64,000 nt of DNA from Bacteroidia bacterium (GTDB taxonomy: Bacteria; Bacteroidota; Bacteroidia; NS11-12g; UBA9320), in assembly GCA_965216465.1 (NCBI GenBank), contig CBDCFW010000006.1:768001-832000 (forward strand), given 5' to 3'. Made by a program: the position numbers and the translations under genes. Positions 21,957-32,554 of the stretch are shown piece by piece. A model generated the notes under the pieces. That model saw only the letters and a list, made by a program, of their open reading frames with translations. It searched no databases and was not told where the DNA came from. Each line of letters opens with the position of its first letter. Position 1 is the first letter of the stretch.

Positions 21957-22730
21957 TTATTGTAAGAATTCGGCACATGCATCGAAGAATTCAGTGGGTT
22001 TTTCAGCATGAACCCAATGTCCAGCATCAGCAATTCCCACAAACTCTGTATCGGTAAATACTTCTTCAATATTGTGAATATCTTCATCTTTAATATACCC
22101 CGAGGCTTCCCCATAAAGAAACAAGGTTGGAGCATTTATAAGCCATTGAAATTCAAGAACATCAATCATTTTAGGGTAAAAGGTCTCGATTGGTTTTAAA
22201 TTGAATTTTAAACGGTATCCCATTTCAGCTTTCTCCAAGTTCTTAAGCAGAAACTGTCTTATTGAAATACTGCTCTCAACCTGTGCCAAAGCTTGATCTG
22301 CCTCTTTCCGACTTTCGAACGTTGAGAAGTCTAAATCATTAAACGCCTTAAAGTAAGTTGTGTGACCTGGCCTATATTTTTTTGGAGCAATATCAACTAC
22401 AATCAACTTTTGAACCTTGTCGGGATGCAGGTCAGCGAACTTCATTACCGTTTTACCACCCATGGAGTGGCCCAAAATATGTGCAGATTCGATATTTAAA
22501 TCGGCCATCAATTCGGCAAGATCTTCAGCCATATCTTCAAAGCTCATGGTATCAGTGTGTGGACTTTTACCATGGTTTCTTTGATCAACAGTTATCACAT
22601 TGAAGTGAGCAGAAAACTTTCTGGCCATGTTATGCCAATTATCGAGCATACCAAAAAGGCCATGAAGAATGAATAGATATTCGTCTGAATCAGGGTTTGA
22701 ATAAATCTTGTGAAACAGCTTGACAGCCAT
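21957..22730 (-). CDS. Alpha/beta hydrolase, YbfF-like esterase
   Basis: HGLFGMLDNW, DQRNHG, GHSMGG nucleophile elbow, GHWVHAE. Confidence 0.88.
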   Translation of the reverse strand: MAVKLFHKIYSNPDSDEYLFILHGLFGMLDNWHNMARKFSAHFNVITVDQRNHGKSPHTDTMSFEDMAEDLAELMADLNIESAHILGHSMGGKTVMKFADLHPDKVQKLIVVDIAPKKYRPGHTTYFKAFNDLDFSTFESRKEADQALAQVESSISIRQFLLKNLEKAEMGYRLKFNLKPIETFYPKMIDVLEFQWLINAPTLFLYGEASGYIKDEDIHNIEEVFTDTEFVGIADAGHWVHAEKPTEFFDACAEFLQ

Positions 22731-23845
22731 TATCCCAAAATTTCTTCAACTGGAGTATAGTCCAAGTTAAAGGCTTCAGCTACACCTTCGTAGCACACCT
22801 TTCCTTCAACAACATTAAGACCAAGTCTTAGTTCCTTACTGTCTTTACAAGCTTGCTTCCATCCTTTGTTTGCTAATTGGATAGCGTAAGGAAGAGTTGC
22901 GTTTGTTAAGGCAAGAGTAGAAGTATAAGGAACAGCACCTGGCATGTTCGCAACAGTATAGTGAATTACGTCGTCGATTACATAGATTGGATCTTCGTGA
23001 GTAGTTGGACGAGTAGTTTCGAAACATCCACCTTGGTCAACGGCAACGTCAACCATCACAGTACCTGGACGCATTTCTTTTAACATGTCTCTAGTAATCA
23101 AATGAGGAGCTTTAGCACCTGGAATAAGAACAGCACCGATGATTAGATCGGCAGTTTTAATTGCTTCGCGGATATTGTATTCGTTTGAGTAAACAGTATC
23201 AACATTTGCATCCATGATGTCGTCTAATTGACGTAAACGAGGCAAAGAAATATCCATCATAGTAACGTGAGCACCTAAGCCAGCTGCCATTTTAGCCGCT
23301 TGAGTACCTACGATACCACCACCAAGAACTAATACTTCTGCAGGCTTAACTCCTGGAACACCTCCTAAAAGAATTCCTCTTCCACCCATTGGCTTTTCAA
23401 GATATTTAGCTCCTTCTTGAGTACTCATTCTTCCTGCGACCTCACTCATTGGTACAAGCAAAGGAAGACTGCGGTCTGCTTTCTCAACAGTTTCGTAGGC
23501 TAAACATACAGAACCGTTGTCGATCATTGCGTGCGTTAATGGCTCATAACTTGCAAAGTGGAAGTAAGTAAATAATAACTGGTCTTTCTTAATCAGCTTG
23601 TATTCTGGCTCAATAGGTTCTTTTACCTTAATGATCATTTCAGCAATTGCATAAGTGTCTTCAATAGTTGGAAGCATTTCTGCTCCTGCTTGAACGTATT
23701 CATCGTCAGAAAACCCACTACCTAAACCTGCTGTAGATTGAACATAAACCGTATGGCCATGCTTCTTAAGTTCAGCAACACCTGCTGGAGTAAGAGCAAC
23801 TCTATTTTCGTTGTTCTTAATTTCTTTTGGTACACCAATTATCAT
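22730..23845 (-). CDS. ald: Alanine dehydrogenase (start placed at [10 protein letters not shown])
   Basis: [46 protein letters not shown]. Confidence 0.96.
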   Translation of the reverse strand: MIIGVPKEIKNNENRVALTPAGVAELKKHGHTVYVQSTAGLGSGFSDDEYVQAGAEMLPTIEDTYAIAEMIIKVKEPIEPEYKLIKKDQLLFTYFHFASYEPLTHAMIDNGSVCLAYETVEKADRSLPLLVPMSEVAGRMSTQEGAKYLEKPMGGRGILLGGVPGVKPAEVLVLGGGIVGTQAAKMAAGLGAHVTMMDISLPRLRQLDDIMDANVDTVYSNEYNIREAIKTADLIIGAVLIPGAKAPHLITRDMLKEMRPGTVMVDVAVDQGGCFETTRPTTHEDPIYVIDDVIHYTVANMPGAVPYTSTLALTNATLPYAIQLANKGWKQACKDSKELRLGLNVVEGKVCYEGVAEAFNLDYTPVEEILG

Positions 23846-23929
23846 TTTTTCAGTTTTAAAAAGTGCGACAAAAATAGGTTTTTTGGCAATTGGAAGTATC
23901 AAAAAATTCTGTGATATCTTTGATGAACT

Positions 23930-24457
23930 ATGACAAAACTTTTTTTGACAATTATTTTAGCTTCTCTCTTGTTTTCGTGCAAGGAAGATCCTACCTCTTT
24001 GGCCTGTTATCAAGAGCCTATTGAAATCTACGAAGACCCGCATGATGCCGACTCTCTTTTGCTTGCAGGGCAAATTGACCAAGTTACTAAAGATTGCTGT
24101 CCAGGCACCTTTGTCTTTTACCTTCCAACGGCATTTACACCCAATGGAGATAAACTGAATGATGTGTTTAAACCCTTTGGTCTTGGATATGAGGTTGAGT
24201 ACATGAAATTTGAAAGAAATGGACAAGTAATCCTAGTTGAAGATTCTCAATGGGATGGTTCTGCAGCTGGGGGAAATGCACCACAAGGTTTGTACAATTA
24301 TTCCATAGAGTTAACAACTTGGGCCAACGAAACAAGGACGATTACAGGACAAGTTGCCTTAATTGTAGACGACGAATTCGACAAATGCGATTGCTATTTT
24401 GAAGACATGCTTGATCCTACGCGAGGATTTATAAGTGGGTCACAAGAAGGATGCTAA
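23930..24457 (+). CDS. Small lipoprotein containing a T9SS type-B CTD (CHU_C)-like domain
   Basis: Lipobox LFSC; FYLPTAFTPNGDKLNDVF...WDG...PQGLYNY...GQVALI. Confidence 0.7.
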   Translation: MTKLFLTIILASLLFSCKEDPTSLACYQEPIEIYEDPHDADSLLLAGQIDQVTKDCCPGTFVFYLPTAFTPNGDKLNDVFKPFGLGYEVEYMKFERNGQVILVEDSQWDGSAAGGNAPQGLYNYSIELTTWANETRTITGQVALIVDDEFDKCDCYFEDMLDPTRGFISGSQEGC

Positions 24458-24458
24458 A

Positions 24459-27032
24459 CTATTTCAAGTAAACGATCTCTTTGCTAATCACCCCTCTATC
24501 AGTAGTTAACATCAACCACATTACACCGTTGCTTGCCTTCCATTCTACAGCTAAGTCTTTACCTGATTGAGCGACTAAAATGTCAATCTTTTCACCAACA
24601 GCATTGTAAAGAGCAATATCTCTTACCTCCAGTCCAGAAGGGAGGTTTACTGTCAGTTTTCCTGAAGATGGATTTGGATAAACACGAACCAAATTGCTCA
24701 GATCTTCAACTCCTGCAGTTTTAAATATAGCATTTGATGTATCGGATAAACAATTATTCGAATCGAGATGTGTTGCAGTATATCGACCAATTCCAGAAAC
24801 CACATGGTAATTGTTCGTAGATGAAACCAGCGTATCATTTTTATACCAGTAGTGATCTCCAGTTTTGTTGGAGAAAATGGTGTCACCGATTCGGGTTAGG
24901 GTGGGGGCGGTTGCTGGGTACAGCTTAACAATAAAACTATCGCTTCCCACGCATCCAGTTGTATCCATCAAACTGTAAACATAAGTGCCTGAAGCATCAA
25001 AGTAAATTGTATCATTCGAGCGATTAATATTGGCCCACCAGGTTGGAGTTAAATTACTCGGAACGACCAGCTCATAGCCATATCGACTTCCACAGTCCTC
25101 AATACTGTCAACGTGTGACAAACTGGGAATAGGATGAAAAACTACGTCAATTGTGTCGTAGCCTAAACAGCCATTTGTATCAACAACCGAGTAGGCATAT
25201 TGACCTTCCGAATCAAACCAAATAGTATCGTTTGATCGCTGAATATTGGTCCACCATGTCGGGGTGAGATGGCTTGGAACAGGAAGCACATAATTTGCAC
25301 TGGTGCCACATCCTTCAACCAACGAATCTGCATTTAAACTGGGAATGTCATGAATGGTTACGTTTATACTATCACGCGTAACACAGCTTCTTGAATCTGT
25401 TCCTTCAACCCATGCTAAACCAGACGTCTCAAATAGTTTAGATCTATTGGTCGATGAATCGTGCCATCGAAAATTAGTAAACGAATCGGTGTCAACGGCT
25501 AAAGTGATAGGCAGGCATGATGCAGTATCTCCTAAATCAAACGAAATGGTATCTTTTGGTCCAATGGTAAAGAGTGCACTGGCAGTGTCAAAACAATTAT
25601 TATTATAGCTAACGATAACTTTGTGCTCGCCTGATTCTGTTATTGTATTACTTGAACCTTGAGTACCATTACTCCACCAAATTGATGTAAAATCAGGAAA
25701 CGACAAAGTAACTGGTTCGCAAGAAGTAGAGTCTTTTAGTTCGACAACAGGTGCCTGTCGAACATACACCTTGTATGTTTGAGTACTAAATCCAGGTCTG
25801 GGGCAATGATTGTCAGTGGCTCTAACTGAGAACATATATGGGGTGTTTCTCGTGTGGTTAGCATTAGGTGTCCAGCAAAATCTTCCTGTTTGAATCCTCG
25901 CCGTTGGATTGATTATCGTAAAACTACCATCAGGAATACCATTATTCCATTTAAGTTCAACACTATCTGGTGCTGGTGTAGGTGCTGGTGGCGGTGGAAC
26001 ATACACATCGTCATCAGCTGTAATGTTAAAGCATAGTTGAGTTCCTGCACAAACGTTATAGCTTGTAGGTCCATCTAATGTAGGCGGGTTATTACCCGGA
26101 CAGGATCTTATTATGGTCTGTATTTCTCGTCGAGTTGTTCCAATATGTTGGTAGCTGCCCAAAGTGTCTTTTCTCCATTCTTTTACTTCTATTACGTAAG
26201 TGGTAACCTGATTGCATCCTGTAGGGGTAAAAATAAGTTCACCTGTTGTTGGACCCAGATAAATCCCGATTGGGGGAGTGGCACCAGGATTATTATATGG
26301 TGGACCTAAAGACCCAGGGTAGTACGCACTGAGTGGATAGTTGTATGAAAAAGAACCGGTATATGCAACATTATATGACCAAGAAGATAATGGATGAGCA
26401 AAAGAGTATGAAAGAGAGTCATAATCGATGGTATCAATAGCACCAAGACTTGTTCTTACTGGCTGATTGCAACAAATGTAACCTTCTGGCGGATTTGTAA
26501 ATATAGGGCTTGAATTTTTGTTAGAGTTGTTTACTGATGGATTTAACTTTATCTCTGCGTAGGTGTAGAAATTGCTATTTTGAGGTCCAGTTGTTATGGA
26601 TGTATTTCTGCAACACTGTCCTGTTTGAAAGATAATACTGCCTGAGCAGTTTGCCAGACCACTATAGGGTGTAGAATTAAAGTCAATTATAGTTGTGTAA
26701 GTGTGTTTCTCAATGCCATCACCTGTATTATAGGTATTTGAAGGGCTACATAACCGTTGTGCAGTATCACAAAGCGATGTAATTTCTTCAATGCCAACTA
26801 ACGTTAAGCTTACAGTTGCAGAGCTTCCGGTTAGACATCTGACACTTGTAACACCACTAGGATTGGTGAATGCAACACCCTTGCAACTTCGGTAAAAAAT
26901 GCAAGTAACCTTGTATTTAAGCGTGTCAAGGGCTTCATAGGTAACTTCGGCACCCATAACATGGGTTGCTCTTGCGTGTTGGCTTATGAAAAAAAAGGTA
27001 AAGAGGAGAAGTAAGGCTTTGTACTGTTTCAT
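24459..27032 (-). CDS. Cys-rich secreted protein with T9SS type A sorting domain
   Basis: Signal peptide, ATHVMGAEVTY N-terminus, two internal repeats (LTPTWW.NI.RSNDTI.FD..G.Y.YS), C-terminal VYPNPS CTD. Confidence 0.82.
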   Translation of the reverse strand: MKQYKALLLLFTFFFISQHARATHVMGAEVTYEALDTLKYKVTCIFYRSCKGVAFTNPSGVTSVRCLTGSSATVSLTLVGIEEITSLCDTAQRLCSPSNTYNTGDGIEKHTYTTIIDFNSTPYSGLANCSGSIIFQTGQCCRNTSITTGPQNSNFYTYAEIKLNPSVNNSNKNSSPIFTNPPEGYICCNQPVRTSLGAIDTIDYDSLSYSFAHPLSSWSYNVAYTGSFSYNYPLSAYYPGSLGPPYNNPGATPPIGIYLGPTTGELIFTPTGCNQVTTYVIEVKEWRKDTLGSYQHIGTTRREIQTIIRSCPGNNPPTLDGPTSYNVCAGTQLCFNITADDDVYVPPPPAPTPAPDSVELKWNNGIPDGSFTIINPTARIQTGRFCWTPNANHTRNTPYMFSVRATDNHCPRPGFSTQTYKVYVRQAPVVELKDSTSCEPVTLSFPDFTSIWWSNGTQGSSNTITESGEHKVIVSYNNNCFDTASALFTIGPKDTISFDLGDTASCLPITLAVDTDSFTNFRWHDSSTNRSKLFETSGLAWVEGTDSRSCVTRDSINVTIHDIPSLNADSLVEGCGTSANYVLPVPSHLTPTWWTNIQRSNDTIWFDSEGQYAYSVVDTNGCLGYDTIDVVFHPIPSLSHVDSIEDCGSRYGYELVVPSNLTPTWWANINRSNDTIYFDASGTYVYSLMDTTGCVGSDSFIVKLYPATAPTLTRIGDTIFSNKTGDHYWYKNDTLVSSTNNYHVVSGIGRYTATHLDSNNCLSDTSNAIFKTAGVEDLSNLVRVYPNPSSGKLTVNLPSGLEVRDIALYNAVGEKIDILVAQSGKDLAVEWKASNGVMWLMLTTDRGVISKEIVYLK

Positions 27033-27109
27033 AGAGGAATATCAAATATAAGACAGAGTTAAAAATACATTTGTTGCCTGAAGGTAAAATTTACCTTAGG
27101 GTATAAATG

Positions 27110-28054
27110 TTACTCAGCCAAGTTTTCAGCCACACGTTCCGGTAATTCTCCTTGCTCCAATGACTTTAAAATTTCAGCCTCATAATTTCCAAGTTTGGCT
27201 AAGAGTAGTTCTTGCAAGGTTTTCTTGGCCCAGTAGGTCATTTGAAGTTTTCTGTTATTCGCTTTGTGTTGATTGTCAACAACATGCGACTCAAAATCGT
27301 TGATGTGTCTGCTTAGAAGATCCATTCCATTTTGTTGAAGTGCAGAAGCGGTCATCACCTTAGATATCCACCCACTTTCATTCTCTGGCATCAGGTGTAG
27401 TGCCATGCTGTATTCCTTCGCGGTTAACCTCGCTTGTTTCTCTGCATCGCCATCAGCCTTGTTCACAACGATGAGGTCGGCCATCTCCATAATTCCGCGC
27501 TTTATACCTTGAAGCTCATCTCCTCCTCCAGGGTTTAGCACCAAAACAAACATATCAGTTAGCTGAGCAATCTCAGTTTCACCTTGTCCTACGCCAACAC
27601 TTTCTATAATTATAGTATTAAAACCAGCAGCTTCACAAAGCAACATGGCCAAACGTGTGTTTTTTGCTAATCCACCCAGCTGATTTCCACTAGCTGTTGG
27701 ACGGATATAAGCTCGATCATGATTGCTCAATTGGCTCATTCTAGTTTTATCTCCGAGAATACTGCCCTTGGTTTTGCCACTACTAGGGTCTATGCTTAGA
27801 ACGGCCACTTTCTTTGAATCGTCTTTAAGTAGTTCTATGCCCAAAGCTTCAATTAATGTACTTTTACCTGCTCCGGGAGTCCCAGTTATTCCTATTCTCA
27901 GTGTATTAGAATGGGCTCCAAAATGTTCAATAATTTCAAGGGCAAGATTACGTTGTTTAGCTAAAGTGCTTTCTGCTAATGTAATGGCCTTACTCAGCAT
28001 CCGAATATCACCGTTCTTTATTCCTTCAATTATTTCTTCTTTACTTGTAGCCAT
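27110..28054 (-). CDS. meaB: Methylmalonyl-CoA mutase-associated GTPase
   Basis: GITGTPGAGKST, IDPSS, LGDKTRM, ESVGVGQ, GDELQGIKRG, NKAD. Confidence 0.93.
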   Translation of the reverse strand: MATSKEEIIEGIKNGDIRMLSKAITLAESTLAKQRNLALEIIEHFGAHSNTLRIGITGTPGAGKSTLIEALGIELLKDDSKKVAVLSIDPSSGKTKGSILGDKTRMSQLSNHDRAYIRPTASGNQLGGLAKNTRLAMLLCEAAGFNTIIIESVGVGQGETEIAQLTDMFVLVLNPGGGDELQGIKRGIMEMADLIVVNKADGDAEKQARLTAKEYSMALHLMPENESGWISKVMTASALQQNGMDLLSRHINDFESHVVDNQHKANNRKLQMTYWAKKTLQELLLAKLGNYEAEILKSLEQGELPERVAENLAE

Positions 28055-30456
28055 TATTCTTGGTAAAACACACGATTCACACGCTCGCTTACATTGGTTA
28101 ATATTTCATAAGGTATGGTTTCAATTTGAGTTGCCAGTTCCTCAACCCTTAGATTGTCACCAAATATAATTGCTGAATCACCAGCGTCACAATCAATATC
28201 TGTAACATCACACATGGTCATGTCCATGCAAACATTGCCCACTACTGGGGCTCTTTTGCCATTGATCTCAAAACTTCCAACACCTCTGCTAAATTTTCGG
28301 TTAAATCCATCGGCATATCCAACTGCAATAACAGCAATCTTACGGTTGTAGTCGGCTTTATCGTGTTGTCCATAGCCAATTCCATCTCCAGCAGGAACCT
28401 CCTTAATCTGGGTTATATACGATTTAAAGGTGCTCACAGGCAACAGACTGCCTCTTTCTCTTAACGACGAAACCCCATAAAGCCCAACCCCAAGTCTAAC
28501 CATATCGAAATGAGCATTCGGAAAACGTTCGATCCCAGCAGTATTTGATATATGGCGAATGAAACTTCCGCTCGTCTTATCCCTCAAAACATCTGTTAGT
28601 CGTTGAAAATCAACAATTTGCTTTTCTGTAAACATGTTTTGAGATTCATCATCAGCTGAAGCTAAATGGCTAAACACCGAAACAACTTCAAGTTTTGAAT
28701 TTTGGTTTAGGTATTCAATTAACTGATCTAGATCATTTGACGTAAACCCTAGTCGGTGCATGCCCGTATCAAATTCAATATGAATTTTGATGGAAGAATT
28801 ACCCAAGCGATGTAAACTCTCAAATGAATAAATGACAGGTTGTATATTTTGAGACAAATAAGGGTCGAGGTTTGTTAAGTCAGGATTTAGAACTACCAAA
28901 GGCGTTGCAATTCCTGCATTTCTCAGTCCTGTTGCTTCGTCAGTGTATGCTACTCCTAGGAAGTCTATCTTGTTGAATTCCAACAACTTTGCTATTTGAA
29001 AACCTCCGCTTCCATAACTCAAAGCCTTAACCATTGCCATAAGCTTTGTAGAATTTCCAATTTTCGATTTAATGGTGTTGAGGTTGTGCTGAAGTCTGGT
29101 CAAATTAACTTCTAAAACGGTTTGATGGGTCTTTTGACGCATTCTTTCTGCAATTTCTTCAAATTGAAAGCTTCTCGCACCTTTCAGTAGGATGGTTTTG
29201 TTGTTCAGTTGATGAAGCGGATAAGCTTGAAGAAATTCTTGAGTGCTACTATAAAATTCTGAAGGAATTGCAAACTGATGGCTCTGCTTTAATAGGTTGT
29301 TTCCTACTCCAATGAACTGGGCAATATTATGACTTTCGAGCACTTGGTTTAGCCTAAAACACAATTCTTCATCTGTCAAATGACTTTGAAGTATGTCAGA
29401 CAGGATGACAACCTTGCCGGTTTTATTGTCTTGCTGTTTCAAGAAATCTAATGCGATAACAATCGATTGAAAATCTGAATTGTAATAATCTAAGATCAGC
29501 TGATTGTTGTTGATGCCATCTACCTGTTGTAGCCGCATATCAATAGCGGGTAGTTGTTGAATTCTATTCTTCAACGCTGAAAGATTAGCACCTAATACGA
29601 TGCAAACGGCAATCGACGAAACAGCATTCTCGACAGAGGCTAAGTCGTTGTAATTCAACGATAAACTATAACTGCTCTCCTGATAAGTTAAATCAAGCTC
29701 ACCATTAGATTTCAAGGAATATTTGAGGTCGCAATCATCATCTTTACCCCATACAAAAAGCTTAGCATCAAGCATTGTTGCTTGGTCGAGTACCTCTTTG
29801 TTTTTCTTAGAAAGTACCAAATGGTTGCAATCCTTAAACAGTATAAATTTTTCTCTTAATTTCTCAGTACGGTTTGAAAAATTTATATCATGTGCATCAC
29901 CAAGATGGGTAAAAACACCAACAGTGGGTCGGAGAATTTCTTGAAGTCTTGCCATTTCTCCAGGCTTAGATATTCCGGCCTCAAAAACCCCTAGAGAGTA
30001 AGCAGAACTTAATGGCCAAACAGATAGTGGCACCCCAACTTGAGAATTATAGCTTTTTGGGCTTTTACAAATGGAGTACTCTTCGTCTAGCAAGTAACTA
30101 ATCCACTCTTTGACTATCGTTTTACCGTTACTTCCGGTCACAGCAATTACGTCATGCTGAAATTGAGCTCTTTGATATTCTGCTAGTTTTTGAAGAGCAC
30201 CAAGGCTATTGTCAACCAATATGTAAGCACATTCTGTACTTGGAGCCTGATCAACAACAACTGCAGCAACACCTTGATTAATGGCATTCTCAATAAACAA
30301 GAAACCAGAACTTTTATCTGTTCTAAGGGCAAAGAATAGAGTAGACTGCGGATCTTGAATTTTACGGGTATCAATGCTCAAATGTTGGATTTCGGAATCA
30401 ACATCTGCAAAGAGTTGACCATTCACAATTTGAGCTATTTCACTTAGCGTGTACAA
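28054..30456 (-). CDS. alr: Bifunctional MurF-like domain / alanine racemase
   Basis: N-terminal TGSNGKTIVKE; C-terminal MAMVKA.SYG PLP lysine, DTGMHRLG, GYADG, VCMD, TIPYE. Confidence 0.92.
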   Translation of the reverse strand: MYTLSEIAQIVNGQLFADVDSEIQHLSIDTRKIQDPQSTLFFALRTDKSSGFLFIENAINQGVAAVVVDQAPSTECAYILVDNSLGALQKLAEYQRAQFQHDVIAVTGSNGKTIVKEWISYLLDEEYSICKSPKSYNSQVGVPLSVWPLSSAYSLGVFEAGISKPGEMARLQEILRPTVGVFTHLGDAHDINFSNRTEKLREKFILFKDCNHLVLSKKNKEVLDQATMLDAKLFVWGKDDDCDLKYSLKSNGELDLTYQESSYSLSLNYNDLASVENAVSSIAVCIVLGANLSALKNRIQQLPAIDMRLQQVDGINNNQLILDYYNSDFQSIVIALDFLKQQDNKTGKVVILSDILQSHLTDEELCFRLNQVLESHNIAQFIGVGNNLLKQSHQFAIPSEFYSSTQEFLQAYPLHQLNNKTILLKGARSFQFEEIAERMRQKTHQTVLEVNLTRLQHNLNTIKSKIGNSTKLMAMVKALSYGSGGFQIAKLLEFNKIDFLGVAYTDEATGLRNAGIATPLVVLNPDLTNLDPYLSQNIQPVIYSFESLHRLGNSSIKIHIEFDTGMHRLGFTSNDLDQLIEYLNQNSKLEVVSVFSHLASADDESQNMFTEKQIVDFQRLTDVLRDKTSGSFIRHISNTAGIERFPNAHFDMVRLGVGLYGVSSLRERGSLLPVSTFKSYITQIKEVPAGDGIGYGQHDKADYNRKIAVIAVGYADGFNRKFSRGVGSFEINGKRAPVVGNVCMDMTMCDVTDIDCDAGDSAIIFGDNLRVEELATQIETIPYEILTNVSERVNRVFYQE

Positions 30457-30510
30457 GGATTACAAAAGTAGAGATATTGTACACTAATTTAGCAGCCTGA
30501 TTCGAGAAGC

Positions 30511-30987
30511 TTGAAAAAGAAGTATACACCCGCAGAAGCTAAATTAAAGATAGCTAAATATTGTGCTTATCAAGAGCGTTGTCATCAAGAAGTTCGTGAC
30601 AAGTTATTTGGTTTTGGATTGTTAGCCGACGATGTAGAATACATAATTTATGAACTTATTCAGCAAGATTTTTTAAATGAAGAGCGGTTTGCGATAGCAT
30701 TTGTGCGTGGAAAGTTTAACTACAAAAAGTGGGGCCGCAATCGAATCCTAATGGAACTACGCCGCAGAAAGATTTCAGACTATTGCATTAAAAAGGCGAT
30801 GAAAACCATTGATGCAGATAACTATGAAGAAGTACTTGTACAATTGTTGCAGAAGAAGGTAGATGGAATGAAAAACATCAAAGGCTATCAAAAGAATTAC
30901 AAAGCGGCTCAATTTGCCATAGGTAAAGGGTATGAGTCAGATGTAGTTTGGGATGTTATAAAGAGAAACTTTAATGAATCTAACTGA
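30511..30987 (+). CDS. recX: Regulatory protein RecX
   Basis: YCAYQERCHQEV, FLNEERFA, KKWGRNRI. Confidence 0.9.
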   Translation: MKKKYTPAEAKLKIAKYCAYQERCHQEVRDKLFGFGLLADDVEYIIYELIQQDFLNEERFAIAFVRGKFNYKKWGRNRILMELRRRKISDYCIKKAMKTIDADNYEEVLVQLLQKKVDGMKNIKGYQKNYKAAQFAIGKGYESDVVWDVIKRNFNESN

Positions 30988-31861
30988 GCAATTGAACATT
31001 CCTAGTCCGTTGCACCGAGTAAATGTCTCTTGGGCGGATGAAGCTAATGTTGCATTATGGATGAAGCGAGACGATTTAATTCATCCGATTATTTCAGGTA
31101 ACAAGTGGCGCAAACTTTCTGGAGTTCTGAGTTCAGTTGACGATTCTTCTTTTGATGAGATTGCAACTTTCGGAGGTACGTATTCAAATCATTTGATTGC
31201 GACCGCATGTACAGCAGCGATAATGGGTAAGAAAAGTAGAGGCATAATTAGGGGTGAAAAACCGAAAGAGCTAAATAAAGTGTTGATATTGTGCGAGTTA
31301 TACGGAATGAAACTTGAATTTGTCAGCCGTTCTTACTACAAAGAAATTAATAGAAAAGAGGGGCTTGATAAAGATACAATGTGGATTCCAGAAGGAGGTG
31401 CTGGGCCTAGGGGAATGATTGGTTGTAGAGAGATAATAACTGAACTGGAAGCTGAAAAATTTTCAAAACTATTTGTTTCATGCGGAACAGGAACAACGCT
31501 TGCTGGTCTGGTTCAGGCTAATGCCGATGCTAACATGGAATTGTTTGGAGTGCAGGTATTAAAAGGTGATGGCTACATTAGAGATGAAGTGATGAGGATG
31601 ACAAATAGAGAGGATTTCCAGGTGCTAGATCATTATCATCACGGTGGGTATGCCAAGACATCCAAAGAACTGATAAACTTCATCAAAGATTTTACAAAAC
31701 AAACAGGTGTTCTTTTAGACCCTATTTACACTGGGAAAATGATGCATGCCATCAAAGATCAAATCAAATTTGGAAAAATTGAGTCGGGAGAGAAGATCTT
31801 GGCTGTTCACACTGGGGGATTGACCGGTTGGTTTGGAAAGATGAATGAGCTTAGTAATTAG
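30974..31861 (+). CDS. ACC deaminase/D-cysteine desulfhydrase family PLP enzyme
   Basis: KRDDL, SGNKWRKL, SNH, PEGG, LDPIYTGK, HTGG. Confidence 0.85.
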   Translation: MNLTEQLNIPSPLHRVNVSWADEANVALWMKRDDLIHPIISGNKWRKLSGVLSSVDDSSFDEIATFGGTYSNHLIATACTAAIMGKKSRGIIRGEKPKELNKVLILCELYGMKLEFVSRSYYKEINRKEGLDKDTMWIPEGGAGPRGMIGCREIITELEAEKFSKLFVSCGTGTTLAGLVQANADANMELFGVQVLKGDGYIRDEVMRMTNREDFQVLDHYHHGGYAKTSKELINFIKDFTKQTGVLLDPIYTGKMMHAIKDQIKFGKIESGEKILAVHTGGLTGWFGKMNELSN

Positions 31862-31864
31862 CAC

Positions 31865-31893
31865 AAAAAAAGGCCGACCACCTGGCCGACCTT
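31865..31893 (-). terminator. Rho-independent terminator after DUF1573 copy 2
   Basis: Minus strand AAGGTCGGCCAGGTGGTCGGCC followed by T7; GC stem with G-U pairs. Confidence 0.75.
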
Positions 31894-31911
31894 AAATGAA
31901 TCTTTTTGTCA

Positions 31912-32364
31912 TTAGCCTTCAGGGTTTGATACTGCTGGAGTAACCTTTGGTGCAGCCTTGTTTACTACCCCTCTAATTGTTAAGAACTCAGTTCCACCTT
32001 CACCATTGTGACTTACAGTGATGGTTTTAGTGAAGTTACCTGGTCTTCCCTTAGAATTGTAAACTGCAGTGATTGTTCCTTCTTCACCAGGAGCAACTGG
32101 TTCTTTGGTCCATTTTGGTGTTGTACAGTGGCACGAAGCCTTCACACTATTGAGTACCAAATCAGAATTCCCAGTATTTTTAAAGGTGAATGTGATAGTA
32201 GCTTGAACACCTTCTTCAACAATTCCAAAGTCATGAGACTTCTTCTCAAAGGTAATTTTTGATGTTTCTTCAGATGTAAGTGATAATTTGTTTCCGTCGT
32301 TCTGTGCAATACTCGTAGGAATAATACCTAAAGTAAATACTAGTAATGTAATGATGCTTTTCAT
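31912..32364 (-). CDS. DUF1573 domain protein (tandem copy 2)
   Basis: HDFG, F.FKNTG, ASCHCTTP, PGEEG; near-identical to 32555-33004. Confidence 0.88.
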   Translation of the reverse strand: MKSIITLLVFTLGIIPTSIAQNDGNKLSLTSEETSKITFEKKSHDFGIVEEGVQATITFTFKNTGNSDLVLNSVKASCHCTTPKWTKEPVAPGEEGTITAVYNSKGRPGNFTKTITVSHNGEGGTEFLTIRGVVNKAAPKVTPAVSNPEG

Positions 32365-32394
32365 AATTTAATTGTTTTAAGTAGTGCATTTAGG

Positions 32395-32411
32395 TCAAAC
32401 AGAATGCCAAA
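32395..32411 (-). promoter_or_regulatory. Sigma-54-like motif upstream of DUF1573 copy 2
   Basis: Minus strand TTTGGCATTCTGTTTGA, conserved upstream of both copies. Confidence 0.45.
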
Positions 32412-32439
32412 CTCTGAAAGAGAATAAGAAATCTTCTGA

Positions 32440-32467
32440 TTCAAGGTCTCCTGAAAGGGACCTTGAA
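32440..32467. repeat. Inverted repeat/hairpin between the DUF1573 copies
   Basis: TTCAAGGTC-tcctgaaagg-GACCTTGAA, perfect 9-bp arms. Confidence 0.6.
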
Positions 32468-32505
32468 ACTCTTGTTGCTTTGCACTTCTACCGTAAAAAA
32501 AGCAT

Positions 32506-32534
32506 AAAAAAAGGTCGACCAACAGGCCGACCTT
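32506..32534 (-). terminator. Rho-independent terminator after DUF1573 copy 1
   Basis: Minus strand AAGGTCGGCCTGTTGGTCGACC followed by T7; paralogue of the 31865 hairpin. Confidence 0.75.
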
Positions 32535-32554
32535 CAATGTATCTTTTAGTCTAA

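Noticed and set aside
28054-30456. MurF-Alr fusion as a novelty
   Set aside because: A well-known, widespread architecture in Bacteroidota
30974-31861. True ACC deaminase implying plant association
   Set aside because: Family-level motifs only; shorter Bacteroidota-type homologue of uncertain substrate
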